Source: the human T2T-CHM13v2.0 reference genome, Homo sapiens
DNA length: 64,000 nucleotides
Strand: one strand, 5' to 3'
NCBI RefSeq assembly: GCF_009914755.1
Contig: NC_060945.1
Part shown: positions 12,301 to 28,043 of the stretch, piece after piece
Numbering within the stretch: position 1 is the first letter of the stretch
How the letters are laid out: every line of letters starts with the position of its first letter
Position numbers and translations under genes: made by a program
The notes under the pieces: generated by a model
What the model saw: the letters and a program-made list of their open reading frames with translations, nothing else
What the model was told of the DNA's origin: nothing
Database searches by the model: none

Positions 12301-13010
12301 TACTTTGCCTGATGTTAACATAGCTATGCCAGCTAATTTCATGCCTAGTATATGCATGGCATATTTTTTCTCATGTTTTTAATCTTTAATCTATCTGTGT
12401 CATTATGTGGATTTAAAGTCAGTTTCTTGTAGACAGCATAAATTTGGGCCCTGCTTTCTTGTCCAGTTTGACAGTCTTTGTCTTTTAATTGCAGTGCTTA
12501 GCCTGTTTATATGTGAGATAATTTGGGTGTGGTTGAGTTTAAGTCTACTATCTTGTAATTTGCTTCATTTGTCCCATCATTTACTTGTTTCTTTTTCCTT
12601 TTTTCCTCTCCTATTTTGATCAATTGAATATTCAGTATTTTTTTTAAATCATGGTAAAATACCCATAACCTAAAATTTAAATTGAGTGTTTTTTAGTGTT
12701 TCATTTTATCGCCAAAACTGGCTCGTTGGTTGTACTTTTTTTGTTATTTAGTGGTCGCTCTGTTGCTTTTTAGTATCAGGCTCTAGGGCATCTTCATTTG
12801 TCACAGGCCATCTCCAAATCACAGGACACCTCTTCCCCATGTAGTATAAGAACCTTACAACTATAACTGTGTACTTTCATTTCCCCACCCTCCCTTTGTA
12901 TTATTGTTTTCATACATTTTACTTTTACACATGTAGGATACACATGAGCCCTACAATACATTCCACATCATTTTTAAGCACTTCTTTTACGATCACAACT
13001 TAACAGAAAA
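9390..13010 (-). mobile_element. Old L1M fragments (antisense), including an EN-region remnant
   Basis: T-rich strand; ORF 12121-12357 GIAMLTSGKVDFRTRNITRDREGHFRMIK resembles L1 ORF2 EN. Confidence 0.8.
10124..10406 (+). mobile_element. AluS (slightly 5'-truncated)
   Basis: Alu body with long A tail; TSD ttagatgg. Confidence 0.93.
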
Positions 13011-13139
13011 GTAATTTTTAAATACAAATATCATTAACATAAGATGTCAAAATGACACAGCAACTACACGGCTTCTTCCTCTTGCTTCTAGAATGTACTG
13101 TTTGTACTTCAGTTGCAGCATTTTTATGCTGTTATTATT

Positions 13140-13308
13140 TATTTGTCTTTCTCTTGCATTAGACAATAAGGCCCTTGAGAGTAGAAACAATATCTATTCA
13201 TCTCGTAACTTTAGCACAATGCTTGGCACTTGGCGGGAGGTCAACAAATGTTGTACCATCACGGATTTCCTGACTGTCCAAGTGACTGACTGACTGAATG
13301 AAGGAATG
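13140..13308 (+). mobile_element. L2 3' end
   Basis: tagcacaatgcttggcac...aaatgttg...tgactgaatgaaggaatga tail. Confidence 0.6.
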
Positions 13309-14169
13309 ATGAGCCTGCGGAAACACACATACCACACGCAGGTTGGGGCAGGCTCTAGCACACGCAACCAGATAAGCACCCGCCCCCTTGATAACTTTTA
13401 TGTGCGCCTCCTCCCCTCTGTCCTCACCTCTCAATGTTCAGCTTCTCATTTAAAATTTGGCAAGAGGAAAGAGGAAATCATGGACCATCAAAGAGTGCCT
13501 TAAAGAGAATAGACTTTTAAAAGTCACAAATAGGACTCAGGTGGACCCTAAGTTTGGCTGCCTGCCAGGAGCTGCTGAACGTGGCCCTGTTGGGTGCGTC
13601 ATTGTGTCTGGAGGCCTTGGGTGTGTCTGTATTGTGAACAAATGTGACTGTGGGTGAGGTCTGGAAACAGAGAGTGGGTCACTCTGGATCCGTGTTCTAG
13701 CTGGGCCTGGAAACTGTCCCAGAGCCCATGCTTGCTCCTGATCTCATTGGGCAAACTGAGACATCTTAGCAGCAGCACCAACTGCAAATCATTCTCTGCA
13801 ACTAAAGCGGAGCATTGAGTGCTTAATAATGTGGGTGTTAATTGTTTGGGATATAAAAATTTCATGCCTAGAGCTTTAAAGTTGTACCCCAAATGCTTTC
13901 TAAAGCGGTTGTGTGCCTCAGGAATAGTTAAAGCTGCCTCACAGTGTACAACAGTGTTCTCAGTTCTAAAAATGAGGATGTGGAAGTATTTCTCTTCTAG
14001 CATTTTGAGTTCAGAACAATGATAGCATTATGTTATACTTCACTCTGCTTTACTGACCTTTCTCTAATTTTTTAATCCTTGAATGTTGGAATGATTAGAA
14101 AAATGTTCACAACGTGCTTTAATAAAAGTTTCTACATAAATAAACAAAAAACCAAAAATAATAAAATAA

Positions 14170-14565
<396 letters not shown>

Positions 14566-16118
14566 TAACATTATTTAAAAAGCTAAAGAATTTTCTTTCA
14601 AATGTAAAATTAAAATTAAGTTCAACAGCCTTCCTGTTTCATTTATTGAGCACGGATTTCTTTTGCATTTTTGATGGGGAGAGGTGGGTTTTGTCATCCG
14701 TGACTCTGATAGAAGACCGATGGGGTGACTTGCTTGAAGGGAGGCAGGAAAGTCTCCGCCAAGTGATCAGCATTTGCTCTCAACGTGCTTCTGTGTTTCC
14801 CACACGTGTATGGATCGGACTCATGTAGAAATGCCTCCTGCCACTGCATCACGGAACCAGCAAGCCCTTGAAGGCCACGCGCCACGGCGCTTCAGGCGTT
14901 CTTTTGTAGCCCAGCGGCCTGCTGTGCAGTGATCCAAGTGGAGTCGCAGGTAGTAGCAGTGGGGCAGGGCTCATGGCTCTGCCTCTTACCACCTCCCCGT
15001 TGTTCTCCCGAGACTTGGGCAGTGGGCGGTGGAGAACCACTGACCTCGGCTACTGCCTTCATTTAAACAAGGGGAAACTGTGGCTCTGTGAGCTTCCGTG
15101 GCCTGCCAAGGTCCCATGCACCCCTCCCTCGACCCTTGCCGAGACAGAGCTGGCCTCGATGGGGGTCTTCTGACTCCTGGGCCAGCGTGGTCTCCCTTGC
15201 ACCCGCATTCTCGGAGAGGGCAGCAGTGGCGGTGTGGAGGAGAGGGCATGCCTTGAGAAGCGCCGGCACCTCTGAGCACGTGGGTGAGACCCCGGCCAGC
15301 TGAGCACAGGTGACCCGCTGAATTAGTGGCCAGGGCTGCCAGCATCCAGGGGGTGTTGGGACCCGGAACCTCTCTGAGCTTGAAGGCTAAGGCTAGGATC
15401 CCGCGAGTAAGCCTGTTCTCGGTCCATTTGGGCCCTGGCCAGTGTGGAGACGTGCCAGGTGTGATGGCACGGGAGAGGGGACCTCTCGTTTAGAGGTTGC
15501 CCAGGGAATGGCAGTGAGCCCAGGAGATCCTCCAAGGGGAATCGGGACAGGACTTTTTCCGCAGAAAACACCCCATGTGGCTCATCAAAGAGGAGAGGCA
15601 ACCCATCTGTTCCAGAACATTCCAGATCATCATTTAAGACCCCCAATGACTCTATCACAGAAGATAGGGTCAGTATCTCCTTTGCCTTTAAAGAGGTCAT
15701 CACCCCTAGAGCTTAGAGTTTTCTAGAAGTGTTCAGCCTGATTCAACCAATTCAAAAACTACTCTAAGAAAGCAAACCAGGTATTGTTTTAGAAGTTCCA
15801 TGAACTCTTCCAAAATGATCAGGTACCATTTAGTTAATGACTACTCTGGAGTATTTAATGACATTCCAGCACCTGAGAACGTTGGTTTCATCTCATAACA
15901 CTCGCTAAAATGTGTGTGGGTGGGAGAGAGAAGGAGAGAGACACAGAGAGCTAGTTTGGAGAAATAATGTATAAATGCAAAGGTTTCTCTACACCTCTAA
16001 AATGCTGCTCATTCCTCTCTCGGTGGCCTGAATTAACAGCCAGTTCTGTTTCTATTTTGGGGAATTATTAGCTGTAGTTTCTTTAAAATGCCGTTTATCA
16101 CTCCATTATGGTTAAAGG

Positions 16119-16560
16119 TTGTATTAGTCTGAGAAGCAGCCGCCTCAAACCGGCCTAAGCAAAACAGGGAGTCCCTTGGCTGACACAAATGGAAAGCCCA
16201 GAGTGCACCCAAGCGGCCCTTGGCCAGGCTTTAATGATGTCATTAGTCTCCCCCAGCCCCTTCCGATCCTCTTACCTTTCAAAGGTGCTTTCTGGGCCAG
16301 GCTGGAGAGGAGGCAGGTGGACCCTTGGGTTTCACATTCTCCTTGGTGCAACACATCAATGAAGGGAGAGAGCTTTTCCCATTGGCTCAGTGCTGGTCAG
16401 GAGAGAGTCTGATTGGTCCAGCCTGAGTCACGTGAGTGGGCTTAAACCAATACCATAGCCAGGAGGTGGGGTGCTCTGATTGGTCAGGTCTGGACCATAT
16501 GGTTGGCAAGATGTCAGCCCCATCTGGGCCAGGTGGAAACGATCCCTCTTGGGAAAAGGG
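16119..16560. mobile_element. Old MLT1 (K/J-like) LTR
   Basis: tgtattagt terminus; ctcaaaccggcctaagc; repeated ctgattgg motifs. Confidence 0.5.
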
Positions 16561-16895
16561 GTTGGTTGACATCAGAAAGGCACGAAAGGGTACTGTACAC
16601 ACAAAACTCACCAGCCCCTGTTTTTCTGGCCCTTAGTTCATGTCTTAAATGACCTTAATCTTGACAGCCCTAGGAATAGCGCCAATGATACCCTCCTAAT
16701 CCTCCCTGGAACAAGGCTGGGTCTCAATACATAAATGTATAACTATATACTGTTTTATTTTAAAACCTCGTTGCCTGCTGTCTCTGTAGTTACTGCCTTG
16801 ATTGTGTTTAGCTTTTAGTCTGGCTTTATTTCTTCATATATAGGCCATTTGTTCTAGCAATATACATTTCAAACTCGATTTCAAGAATTCTGAGA

Positions 16896-17264
<369 letters not shown>

Positions 17265-18562
17265 TTAGTGAAGTCATCCCTCAATGCCTCTAAGTAGTGA
17301 GTTTTTTAACACTGGAAGGTCTTGGCAATTTCTACTGTTCCACGTACTGTCCTTGGTTATTTGAATTGCTTAACAGACTGACCTTCAACCTGCCAGGAAT
17401 GCCTCCTGCAGAGGAGTCCCATGGATGTCCTTACTCTTCCTGGCAATGGCCTTAGAAATGTCAAACCATTTTCCCAGTGGCCCTCAAGCACTTCTCTGCA
17501 CCCCTTCACCCAAGCCACTTGCCTGCAAAGAAGCCTCCCGATCACTCCAACTTCCCTTCGAAGCTTCTCAGCTTCTTGGCTCCACGTGCTTTCTCTTGGC
17601 TACCATGTGGATTTTTAAAATCTGATTATTTTAGTAAGAAATGACCTCAGACCACAGTTTTGAAGTTGGCTTTATGAAGCACTAACAAACCACTTTAGAT
17701 CTTTAGGGTCAGGGAACCTAACCTTGCTCCTTTGCTCACTTGGCCATCGGCTGAGTGGCTTCTTCCCTACATACATCTGCAAGCGGATGGCCAAGTGAGC
17801 AAAGGAGCAAGGTTAGGTTCCCTGACTCTAAAGATTTAACCCCAATATAGACATGACACACTCCTCTCTTCCATCCAGAAGGTGTCCTGCTCCATCTGAC
17901 AGCAAGTTCTGTCTCCTTTGGGCTTCTGCAAAACATGGACATTTGATCAAACGCTGCTTAAATGTCGGCCATGTTTTGGATGCTCGAGTGGCCATGCGTG
18001 TTCGTGTGTCTGAGCGTGTGTGTGCAAGTGCACAGAACTTAGCTCCATTAATTAGCCTGTCAACCCGAGGTTGGAGACCAAGTTTTCCGGAGCTTTGGAT
18101 TCTGCACGGTGCCTTCCTAGCCAGCACTCAATAAACACTTTTAAATGAACTCAAGACCTGCTTCAAGATTTACAAAGGTGTTTTCCTTCTGTTCCACTCC
18201 CGGGTCTGCACCTTGCCCTCACAGATCTGAAGCTCACAGGACCTCCAGCACCAGCCTGCTCTTACACCCGCTCAGCTGCCAGAGCCTTCTGGGGGTTTTT
18301 GATGGCCACACAGTCACAGCGGGAGACAGGGCAGCTGCTTTGGTGTTTCTTTCTGGAACCTCAAAATGGTGCATGCTTTAAGATTGAAGATCTGAACATG
18401 CAAAACCCAACACTGAGGTATCAGTGCATGCCCTGGAAGAGCTGAGGCTCACCAGAGCCTTCCTGCCGGGCTGCCAATGCGCTTCCCAGAGCTGAAAAGG
18501 ATCACAAGGTGACTGGGGAGACATGATCGCCAAAGCCTAACCTCAAACTCACAGTGAAATAG

Positions 18563-18945
<383 letters not shown>

Positions 18946-19873
18946 TAAAAATCTTAGGGACACAAAACACGTGGGCAGGATTGGTGAGAAATCATTTAAA
19001 AGCAGCCCTTTACATGATTCAGCCCTTATAGGATGGAACAATCCAATTTGACTTCGTAGAAGCATGGATTTCCTCCAGCAAAACACATTTGGTTTCTTTT
19101 TGGAAAACAGGCCATTTTTAAGTGGTTGAAATGTTCTTGGAAACATTCTCACATGATTGCACTGAATACTTTGTGTTAGCATTAAAGCTAAAAATACACC
19201 CAGTGGTTTTTTTTTTTTTTTTTTTGTTCTTCTCCGCTTGTAATATTGACATCCCTTGTATCCACACACTCAAGGAGCTAACATTTGATGATTAGATTTT
19301 CCATTTGGATTAAACACTTTGGAAGTTTCTTTTTTATAAGTTATGAGAAAACAAACCATGAGATCATGAGAGTGAACAAAACGTGGACTTGTTAAAATGT
19401 CCAAATGCCATTAGAGATTGATCTTCTCACATGATTAATCTCCTTGTTTTGAGAGGCAGGGGTGCCTAATGGGCAGAACAGAGCCCTGGATGGAGCTGGG
19501 CACTGCCATGCACTGATTTTGTAATCTTGACCACCTGCGTCCTTTCCTTTACCCTTAAAAGGACCAGCTTACAGAGGATATGCATCCTCAAATTCACCCA
19601 ATGTCATGAACCTGCCCTCCAAAGTGGTTGTACCATGTTATTCTCCACCGAGAATGTGCTAGAAATCCTGTTATCTGCATGCTTGGGTACACTTGTTGTC
19701 GACAGGCTCAAAACGTCTAAACATGTGAATGAGTGTGACATGGTCTGTCATTGTTTTAAGTTACAGCTCCATGTTTACTGACAAATTTGAACATCTTTTT
19801 ATGTGTTTGGTGGATATCTGAGTTTCTTCTGTGAATTTTCTATTCATATCCATTGCATGTTTCAAATATCAGT

Positions 19874-20181
19874 TTTTTGTTTGGTTTGGTTTTGTTTTGT
19901 TTTGAGACAGGGTCTCTGTTGCCTATGCTACAGTGCAGTGGTGCAAACTTGGCTCACTACAGCCTCAACCTCCTGGGCTCAAGTGATCCTCCCACCCCAG
20001 CCTCTAGGGTAGCAGGGACTACAGGTGCAAGCCACCTCACCCAGGTGATTTTTGTATTTTTTGTACAGACTTGGTCTCACTTTATTGCCCAGGATGCTCT
20101 TGAACTCCTAGGCTCAAGCAATCCTCCAGCCTTGGCCTTCCAAAGTGCTGGGATTACAGGCGTAAACCACCATGCCTGGCC
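19874..20181 (-). mobile_element. AluJ
   Basis: cctcaacctcctgggctcaagtgatcctccc (J-type). Confidence 0.9.
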
Positions 20182-20966
20182 TGAATTTCTTATATAGTCT
20201 AGATATTAAATCTTTTTGGTTGAATTGTACATGTATATTCCCTTAAACTTATGCTAGCATCTTAAAAGCGTTGCTATGAAGAATAGTGTTCTACCAATAC
20301 TCTTCGAAATTGATTTCAGGGATTCTGAGAGATTTAACATTTTTATAAATGCTAATGTATGTATGTATGTATAGCATAATTTGTGTATGATGAAGATAAT
20401 CTATTTCTTGAGGATTTGATAAAAACTCATCTGAAATTCTATCTAGGATCTCTAGGGAGGTGGGAGAGTTTTGATTACCAAATCAATGTATATTAATGGT
20501 TATAGGTTTTTCCAGGTGTTCGATTTCTTCTCGATTCGGTTTTGGTGATGTTTACTTCTCTGAAGATGATCCCTTCCATTGCTGCTTTCAGGTTCATTGG
20601 ACAAGGTTATTCATAGTATCTCATAGATGTGTTTTAAATTTCACTGCCATTAAATCCCCTTTTCATTCTCATTAGTCATAATTTATTCTCTTTACTCCCT
20701 CTTCCTCTCCCTCTGTCTTTTCTGTCCCCTGCCTCCCTTTCTGTGTCATTCTGGCTGATGCTTGTCTATTTTATTAGTTTTTACAGAAAACCCACTTTTG
20801 AGTTTGTTGATTTTAATTGCTTCTAGGGGTAATATTCATCTATGACAATATGACGTGTTCTTGCCATCCATCCATTCAGGTGGAGCTGGCATCCCCTAAC
20901 TCAAATGATTCTTGGGTTAGAAATTGCCATTTCCTAACCCCAGAGTCATTTAAGAGGACATTTTAA

Positions 20967-21258
<292 letters not shown>

Positions 21259-21913
21259 CTTAATTTCTAACATACTTTTGAAGTGCTTGTATTGTTGATT
21301 TCTAACTTAATTGCATTGAGGTCTGAGAAAGTGCTCTGAATGGTGGTAATTCTAAAAACTTGCTGAAACTTTTTCTAAAACTTTATTTACAGTTATTTAA
21401 CCTGGTCCCATGTGCTTGAAAGAATTATTTTGTTTCTTGGATGCTAAAATGTTTGCCACTGCTCTGAGCAATTGTTGATTTTTTTTTCTTGACCCTGCTG
21501 GGACCTACTGAGGAGGGCATGGAATTCCCTCAGACTTCTTTGTCCAAGTAACAAGAGAGGGCCGTCAGCTGGCAGAGGATGGAGCCCCCATGCAGCTGTT
21601 GGCTGAGGCCACAGCTGGAACAAGACAAAAACTGCATAGATCTGAGCTGGGCACAGGGGCCTGGTGCAGTCGGCTTTCTAATTTATCATTGTCAATTTGG
21701 TATTTATTATTTTCTTCCTTCTGATATTTTTGTGCTTATTTGCTTGTTCTTTTTCTAATTTCTTACGCTGGAAGCTTAATTCATTTTTTTTTTTTAGCCT
21801 ATCCTGTTTTCTAATGTAAGCTTTTAGGGTTTCAAATATCACTTTAAGAAACATTTAATCTGTACTCTTTAAGATTTAAGATAGTTTATTAGGGCTAAAC
21901 TATTATTTTCTAA

Positions 21914-23171
<1,258 letters not shown>

Positions 23172-24265
23172 CTAAACATGTGCTCCCTCTCCCCAGTTAT
23201 CTTTTGTGTTTAATTATTAATTGTGGATAAATAATAAAATGTTCATGAAACCAAATTTTTAACATTTTTTGGGTTTTGCTCTGTGTCCTGGAATTAGGTA
23301 AATTTTTGTAAATGTTCTGCTTGTGCCTGAAACATGCCTGTGTTCTCTCATGTCACAGATGCGGCTGGTGTCACCTATGTCTCTGGGGCTCTGTCATTTT
23401 GGGATGTTCTGTATAACTCGCAACTAGCAGTGACTGCATCTCTGTGTTAGAAGGCATTTCTGGAAATACGGAAGGCAGGGCAGGCCAGAAGTACTTGGGA
23501 ATTGACATTCCTAGGAAAAGCCATGAGACAGTGAGGATGAGAGCTGGGGAAAGGCCCTCTCCTGTCTACAGACATGTTTGTTTTACTGTCCTGGTGAACT
23601 GAAGCTTTGTCATTGAGTACTGACACTCTATTTATTGCTCATGGTTTTGCCTTACATTTATTTTTCTGATATTTACATGTATTCTTTGGTTAATGTTTTC
23701 TTGCTATTTCTCTTCTCTCTTTTTAGTTTTTTATATGGAAATGTCTAAACATAAAATAGAGAGCTTCGTGTAACAAACTACAATGATGCAGCTTCAAGAA
23801 TCAGCAGAAAACCAACTTTTGTATTTTAAACCTGTTTTTAAAGAACTAAGTTGGCTTTTGAATTTTCTCTCTTGGAGATGTTTTTCAAAGAACCAGACCA
23901 TTCATCCATTCTACCTATGTCTGATTTCTAACTCAGGGACTTCTACTTTTACCTATATTAATTCCTTCTTTTTACTTTTTTTTGCCAGGTATAAGGTTTG
24001 TTTTAAACTTCAATTATTCTACCCTTCATTTTCAAAATTTTTAATGTGATTCTCTTTTTATATCTTTTTTCTTTGTTTAATAATTTCTTCTGCTTCTTTT
24101 ACATTTGAATAATTTCTTCAGTATTTCCGCCAGAATGTCCTATAAAATTAATTCTATTTGATGTGAATGCATGCTTCTAATGTTTCCAATGCTAGTTTTG
24201 GGGATCGGTCATTTGGGCTGGAATCCAGGTCTGCTGGCCCTGGTTTTCAGATAGCTCTTCACTCA

Positions 24266-24593
<328 letters not shown>

Positions 24594-25449
24594 GTGGGGG
24601 GAGCTTTGAAAGCCTCACAAATTAGGCAGACAACTGTAAAAACTTAAACAAACTATTATGAAGGCTTAGTAAGGTATTCAAAGCCAGTGGATTGTTAGAC
24701 GTCTCCATGTGTTTTAGAATTGTGGTTTGCAAGCTCATGTTGCATGAGAACTTGAGTTTCTGTTTTTTTGTCCCCCAACCAAGGAGCAGCTCTGGGCCCC
24801 CTCTCTGCCAGCTCCCTCCCATCCCAAGGCTCACCTGGGCCAGCCTCCTTCTCCCTAGGGGCTGGGGCTTGTCTAGCAGAGTCTCAGCACTGCCATCTGT
24901 GAAACCCATCCCCTCCCTTGCCCACAGTGTCCTTGGCCAAGGAGCCCTAGCCCAGCCCAGCCCAGCCAGCGGCAGCAGCAGCTTTTTCTCAGTCACTTTC
25001 GCCAGCAGGGCTGGCCTGACCCCTGCCCTGCTTTAAGCAGGGAGCTGTCTCCATCCCCACCTCACTCCTGACCCTCCAGCACCTGCCTCCAGCCCCAGAG
25101 CCCAGCCAGCCATCCTCAGCCATGGGCATCCCAAACCTGGCTTTGGGTATGGATTTGTTCTTCTAGGTTTTATGTTTGAGGCAGCACCATGTCCCCACAC
25201 CACCCTGCCTATTCGTGAAGAGGTCTGGAGAGGTGGTGTGCCTGCACAGCATCAGGGACTGGTCAGCTGAGGGATGAGGGCTGGAATCCAGGCCTGCCGG
25301 CCCGACTCTCAGGGCACACATCACTCTGGCAGGGGACTTCATGACATTAAACAAATTAGGCAGACAAGTGTAAAAACATACAAACTATTCTGAGACTGCT
25401 TAGTAGATAAGCTATTCAAAGCCAATGGTTTATTAGAAGAGGGAAAAAT

Positions 25450-26430
25450 ATATGTGTGTGTGTGGTGTAAGTGTGTCTGTGCGGTGTGTGTAGTGTGTGT
25501 ATGTGGTGGGGTGTGTGTGTGGTGTGTTTGTGTGGTATATGTCTGGTGTGTGGTGTGGTGTATGTATGGGAGATGTGTGGTGTGTGATGTGTGGTGTGCA
25601 TGTAGTGTGTATGTAGTGTCTGTATGGTGTGTGGTGCGGTGTGTGGATGTGGTGTGTGGTGTGTGTGATGTATGGTGTGTGGTACACTGTGTGCATGTGT
25701 GTGTGTGTGGTATGGTGTGTGTGATGTATGGTGTTGTGTGTGTGTGTGTGGTATGTGGTATATGTATATGTGATATGTGTGTGGTATGTGTATGAGGTGT
25801 GTGGTTGTGTGTGTGAGGTGTGTGGTGTAGTGTGATGTGGTGTGTGTCTGAGATGTGTGGTGTGGTGTGTGTAGTGTGTGTGTTGTGTGGCATGTGTGGT
25901 GGTGTGTGTGTGAGGTGTGTGGTGTGGTGTGTGTTTATGGTGTGTGTGTGTGAGGTAGGTGTTTTGTGTTGTATGTGTTGTGTGTGGTATATGATGTGGT
26001 GTGGCACGGTATGTGTGTGAGGTGTGTGGTGTATGTGGTTTGTGTGTGTGGTGTGTGGTTTGTGTGATGTGTGTGAGGTGTGTGGTGTGGTGTGTGTCGT
26101 TTGTATGTGTGATGTGTGTGGCGTGTGTGCACACATCTGTGTGGTGTGCGTGTAGTGAATGTGTGTTTGGGTATGTGTGTGTTGTGTGTGTATGGTGTGA
26201 GTGGTGTGTGGTGTGTATGTGTGGTGTGTGTGTGGTGTGTGGTGTATATGTGTGGTGTGTGTATGTGCCTGTGTGTGTGGTGTGCATGGGGTGAATGTGT
26301 GTTTGGGTATGTGTGGTGTGTGTGTGGTTTGTGTGTGTGGTGTATATGTGTGGGGTGTGTGTGTGGTGTATATATGGGGCATGTGTGTGGTGTGTGTAGT
26401 CTGTGTGCATGGCATGGGGTGTGGGTGTCT
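25450..26430. repeat. ~1 kb degenerate (TG)n/(TGG) low-complexity tract
   Basis: Near-continuous GT-rich sequence. Confidence 0.95.
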
Positions 26431-26705
26431 GTATAGAAAAATGAAGAGGAGCTCCCTGAGTTAACATACCTGGGACCCACTGGACAATTGAGCCTCATGT
26501 TTTTTTAAAACCTTAATGGTTAGAAGACTGGGAAATAGTTTTTTTTTAAACCATAAGCAATTTCTGTGCCCAGAAGTGAGGAATTCCTTGGGTGGAATAT
26601 TTCGTTGCTCTGGTAAGCCTCACAGTGTCATTGGTGTGCGTTTGGCCGTGGGGGAAGAAAAGGAGGAAGAGGTGATGGCTCCAGTGAAACTGCAGGGACT
26701 TGGCG

Positions 26706-27068
26706 CCAGTGGAGCTGGCAGTGGCCTCCACTGGCCAGTAGGGACCAATCGTTAAACCCACTCTTGGTCCAAAATTGAATTATTTTAAAACCAAGAGTAC
26801 TAAATCCTCAATCCTCAAACCTTATCAATTCCTAGTTATGTTATCCCATTTTATTCTGTCAGTTCCGGAGGTTGTTGATGGTGGAAATACTCCACGACAG
26901 GGTGCAGCTGCACCTCTCTTCCTGATGTGTCCAGGGAAGTCATATTGGGCACTTTTAATTGGTCAGTGGTAGGAGCATTGACACCATGGAATTTGGCAAA
27001 CTCTACAAGCCAGGGAGTTATTTTGAACCCCCAAATCTGATTGTTCAGTGTGGATCAGTATACCACTG
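26706..27068 (+). mobile_element. MER63B-like DNA transposon
   Basis: ccagtgg 5' end, atggtggaaatact and caccatggaatttggcaaactctacaa internal, taccactg 3' end. Confidence 0.6.
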
Positions 27069-27194
27069 CTTAAAGCCGTGGCTTTTTGGCTTTCCAGGTT
27101 GATGAGGCCTCACTCTCCCCTTATATCAGTCAGAATAGTTCCTTAGCAATACGGGAAGCTACTCTCCTGTTAAGATCTGTTAAGATGTGAGTAT

Positions 27195-27492
27195 GGCCGG
27201 GTGTGGTGGCTCACGCCTATAATCCCAGCACTTTGGGAGGCCGAGACGGGCAGATCACAAGGTCAGGAGATCGAGACCATCCTGGCTAACACGGTGAAAC
27301 CCCGTCTCTACTAAAAATGCAAAAAAATTAGCCAGGCATGGTGGTGAGTGCCTGTAGCCCCAGCTACTCAGGAGGCTGAGGCAGGAGAATGGCGTGAACC
27401 CGGGAGGTGGAGCTTGCAGTGAGCTGAGATCGCACCACTGCACTACAGCCTGGGAGACAGAGCAAGACTCTGTCTAAAAAAAAAAAAAAAAA
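27195..27492 (+). mobile_element. AluY
   Basis: gagatcgagaccatcctggctaacacggtg and atggcgtgaacccggg diagnostics. Confidence 0.93.
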
Positions 27493-28043
27493 AAGATGCA
27501 AGTATCTCAGTATCTTAGGACAGCCAGGGATAAAAAACATGGTCATTCAAAAACAAATAAGCCCAAGTTGTTTCAAATATAAGAGGAAAAAATAAGGTAA
27601 AACTGTCAATTTCTTAAAAACAAACTACTAGTTAAGGAAAAACCATGACTAATAGAGAAGAATATATTATTGACCATTTCTAGAACATGCACACAAAAGA
27701 CAAAGCTAGAGTTGCCAGTATTAGTATTAGCAGGAAAATTATGCCAGTAACAGTATTAGCAGAAAAAAAAGGAAGCAAATTTCATGTTCCTACATCAGAG
27801 AATAGCTGAATAAATTATGGCACTTACAATTCAAGGAAAGATGATGTGGCTAATAAAATAATGGGTACGATCTGCATATATGGCCATGGAATGCTTTCAA
27901 GATATGGAAAAGGTAACATGATTAGTACAATTCCATAGTGATTTAAAAGGAAAACTACCTCACATAAATAATGCACACACACAGACACACACACACTCAC
28001 AATTACTTATGTGTTATGATCAGAGGAAGTTATGGAAGGATGT

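Noticed and set aside
25339-26498. Long His/Thr- or Cys/Val-rich ORFs (358, 344, 187 aa)
   Set aside because: They are translations of the TG/CA low-complexity tract, which lacks stops by composition
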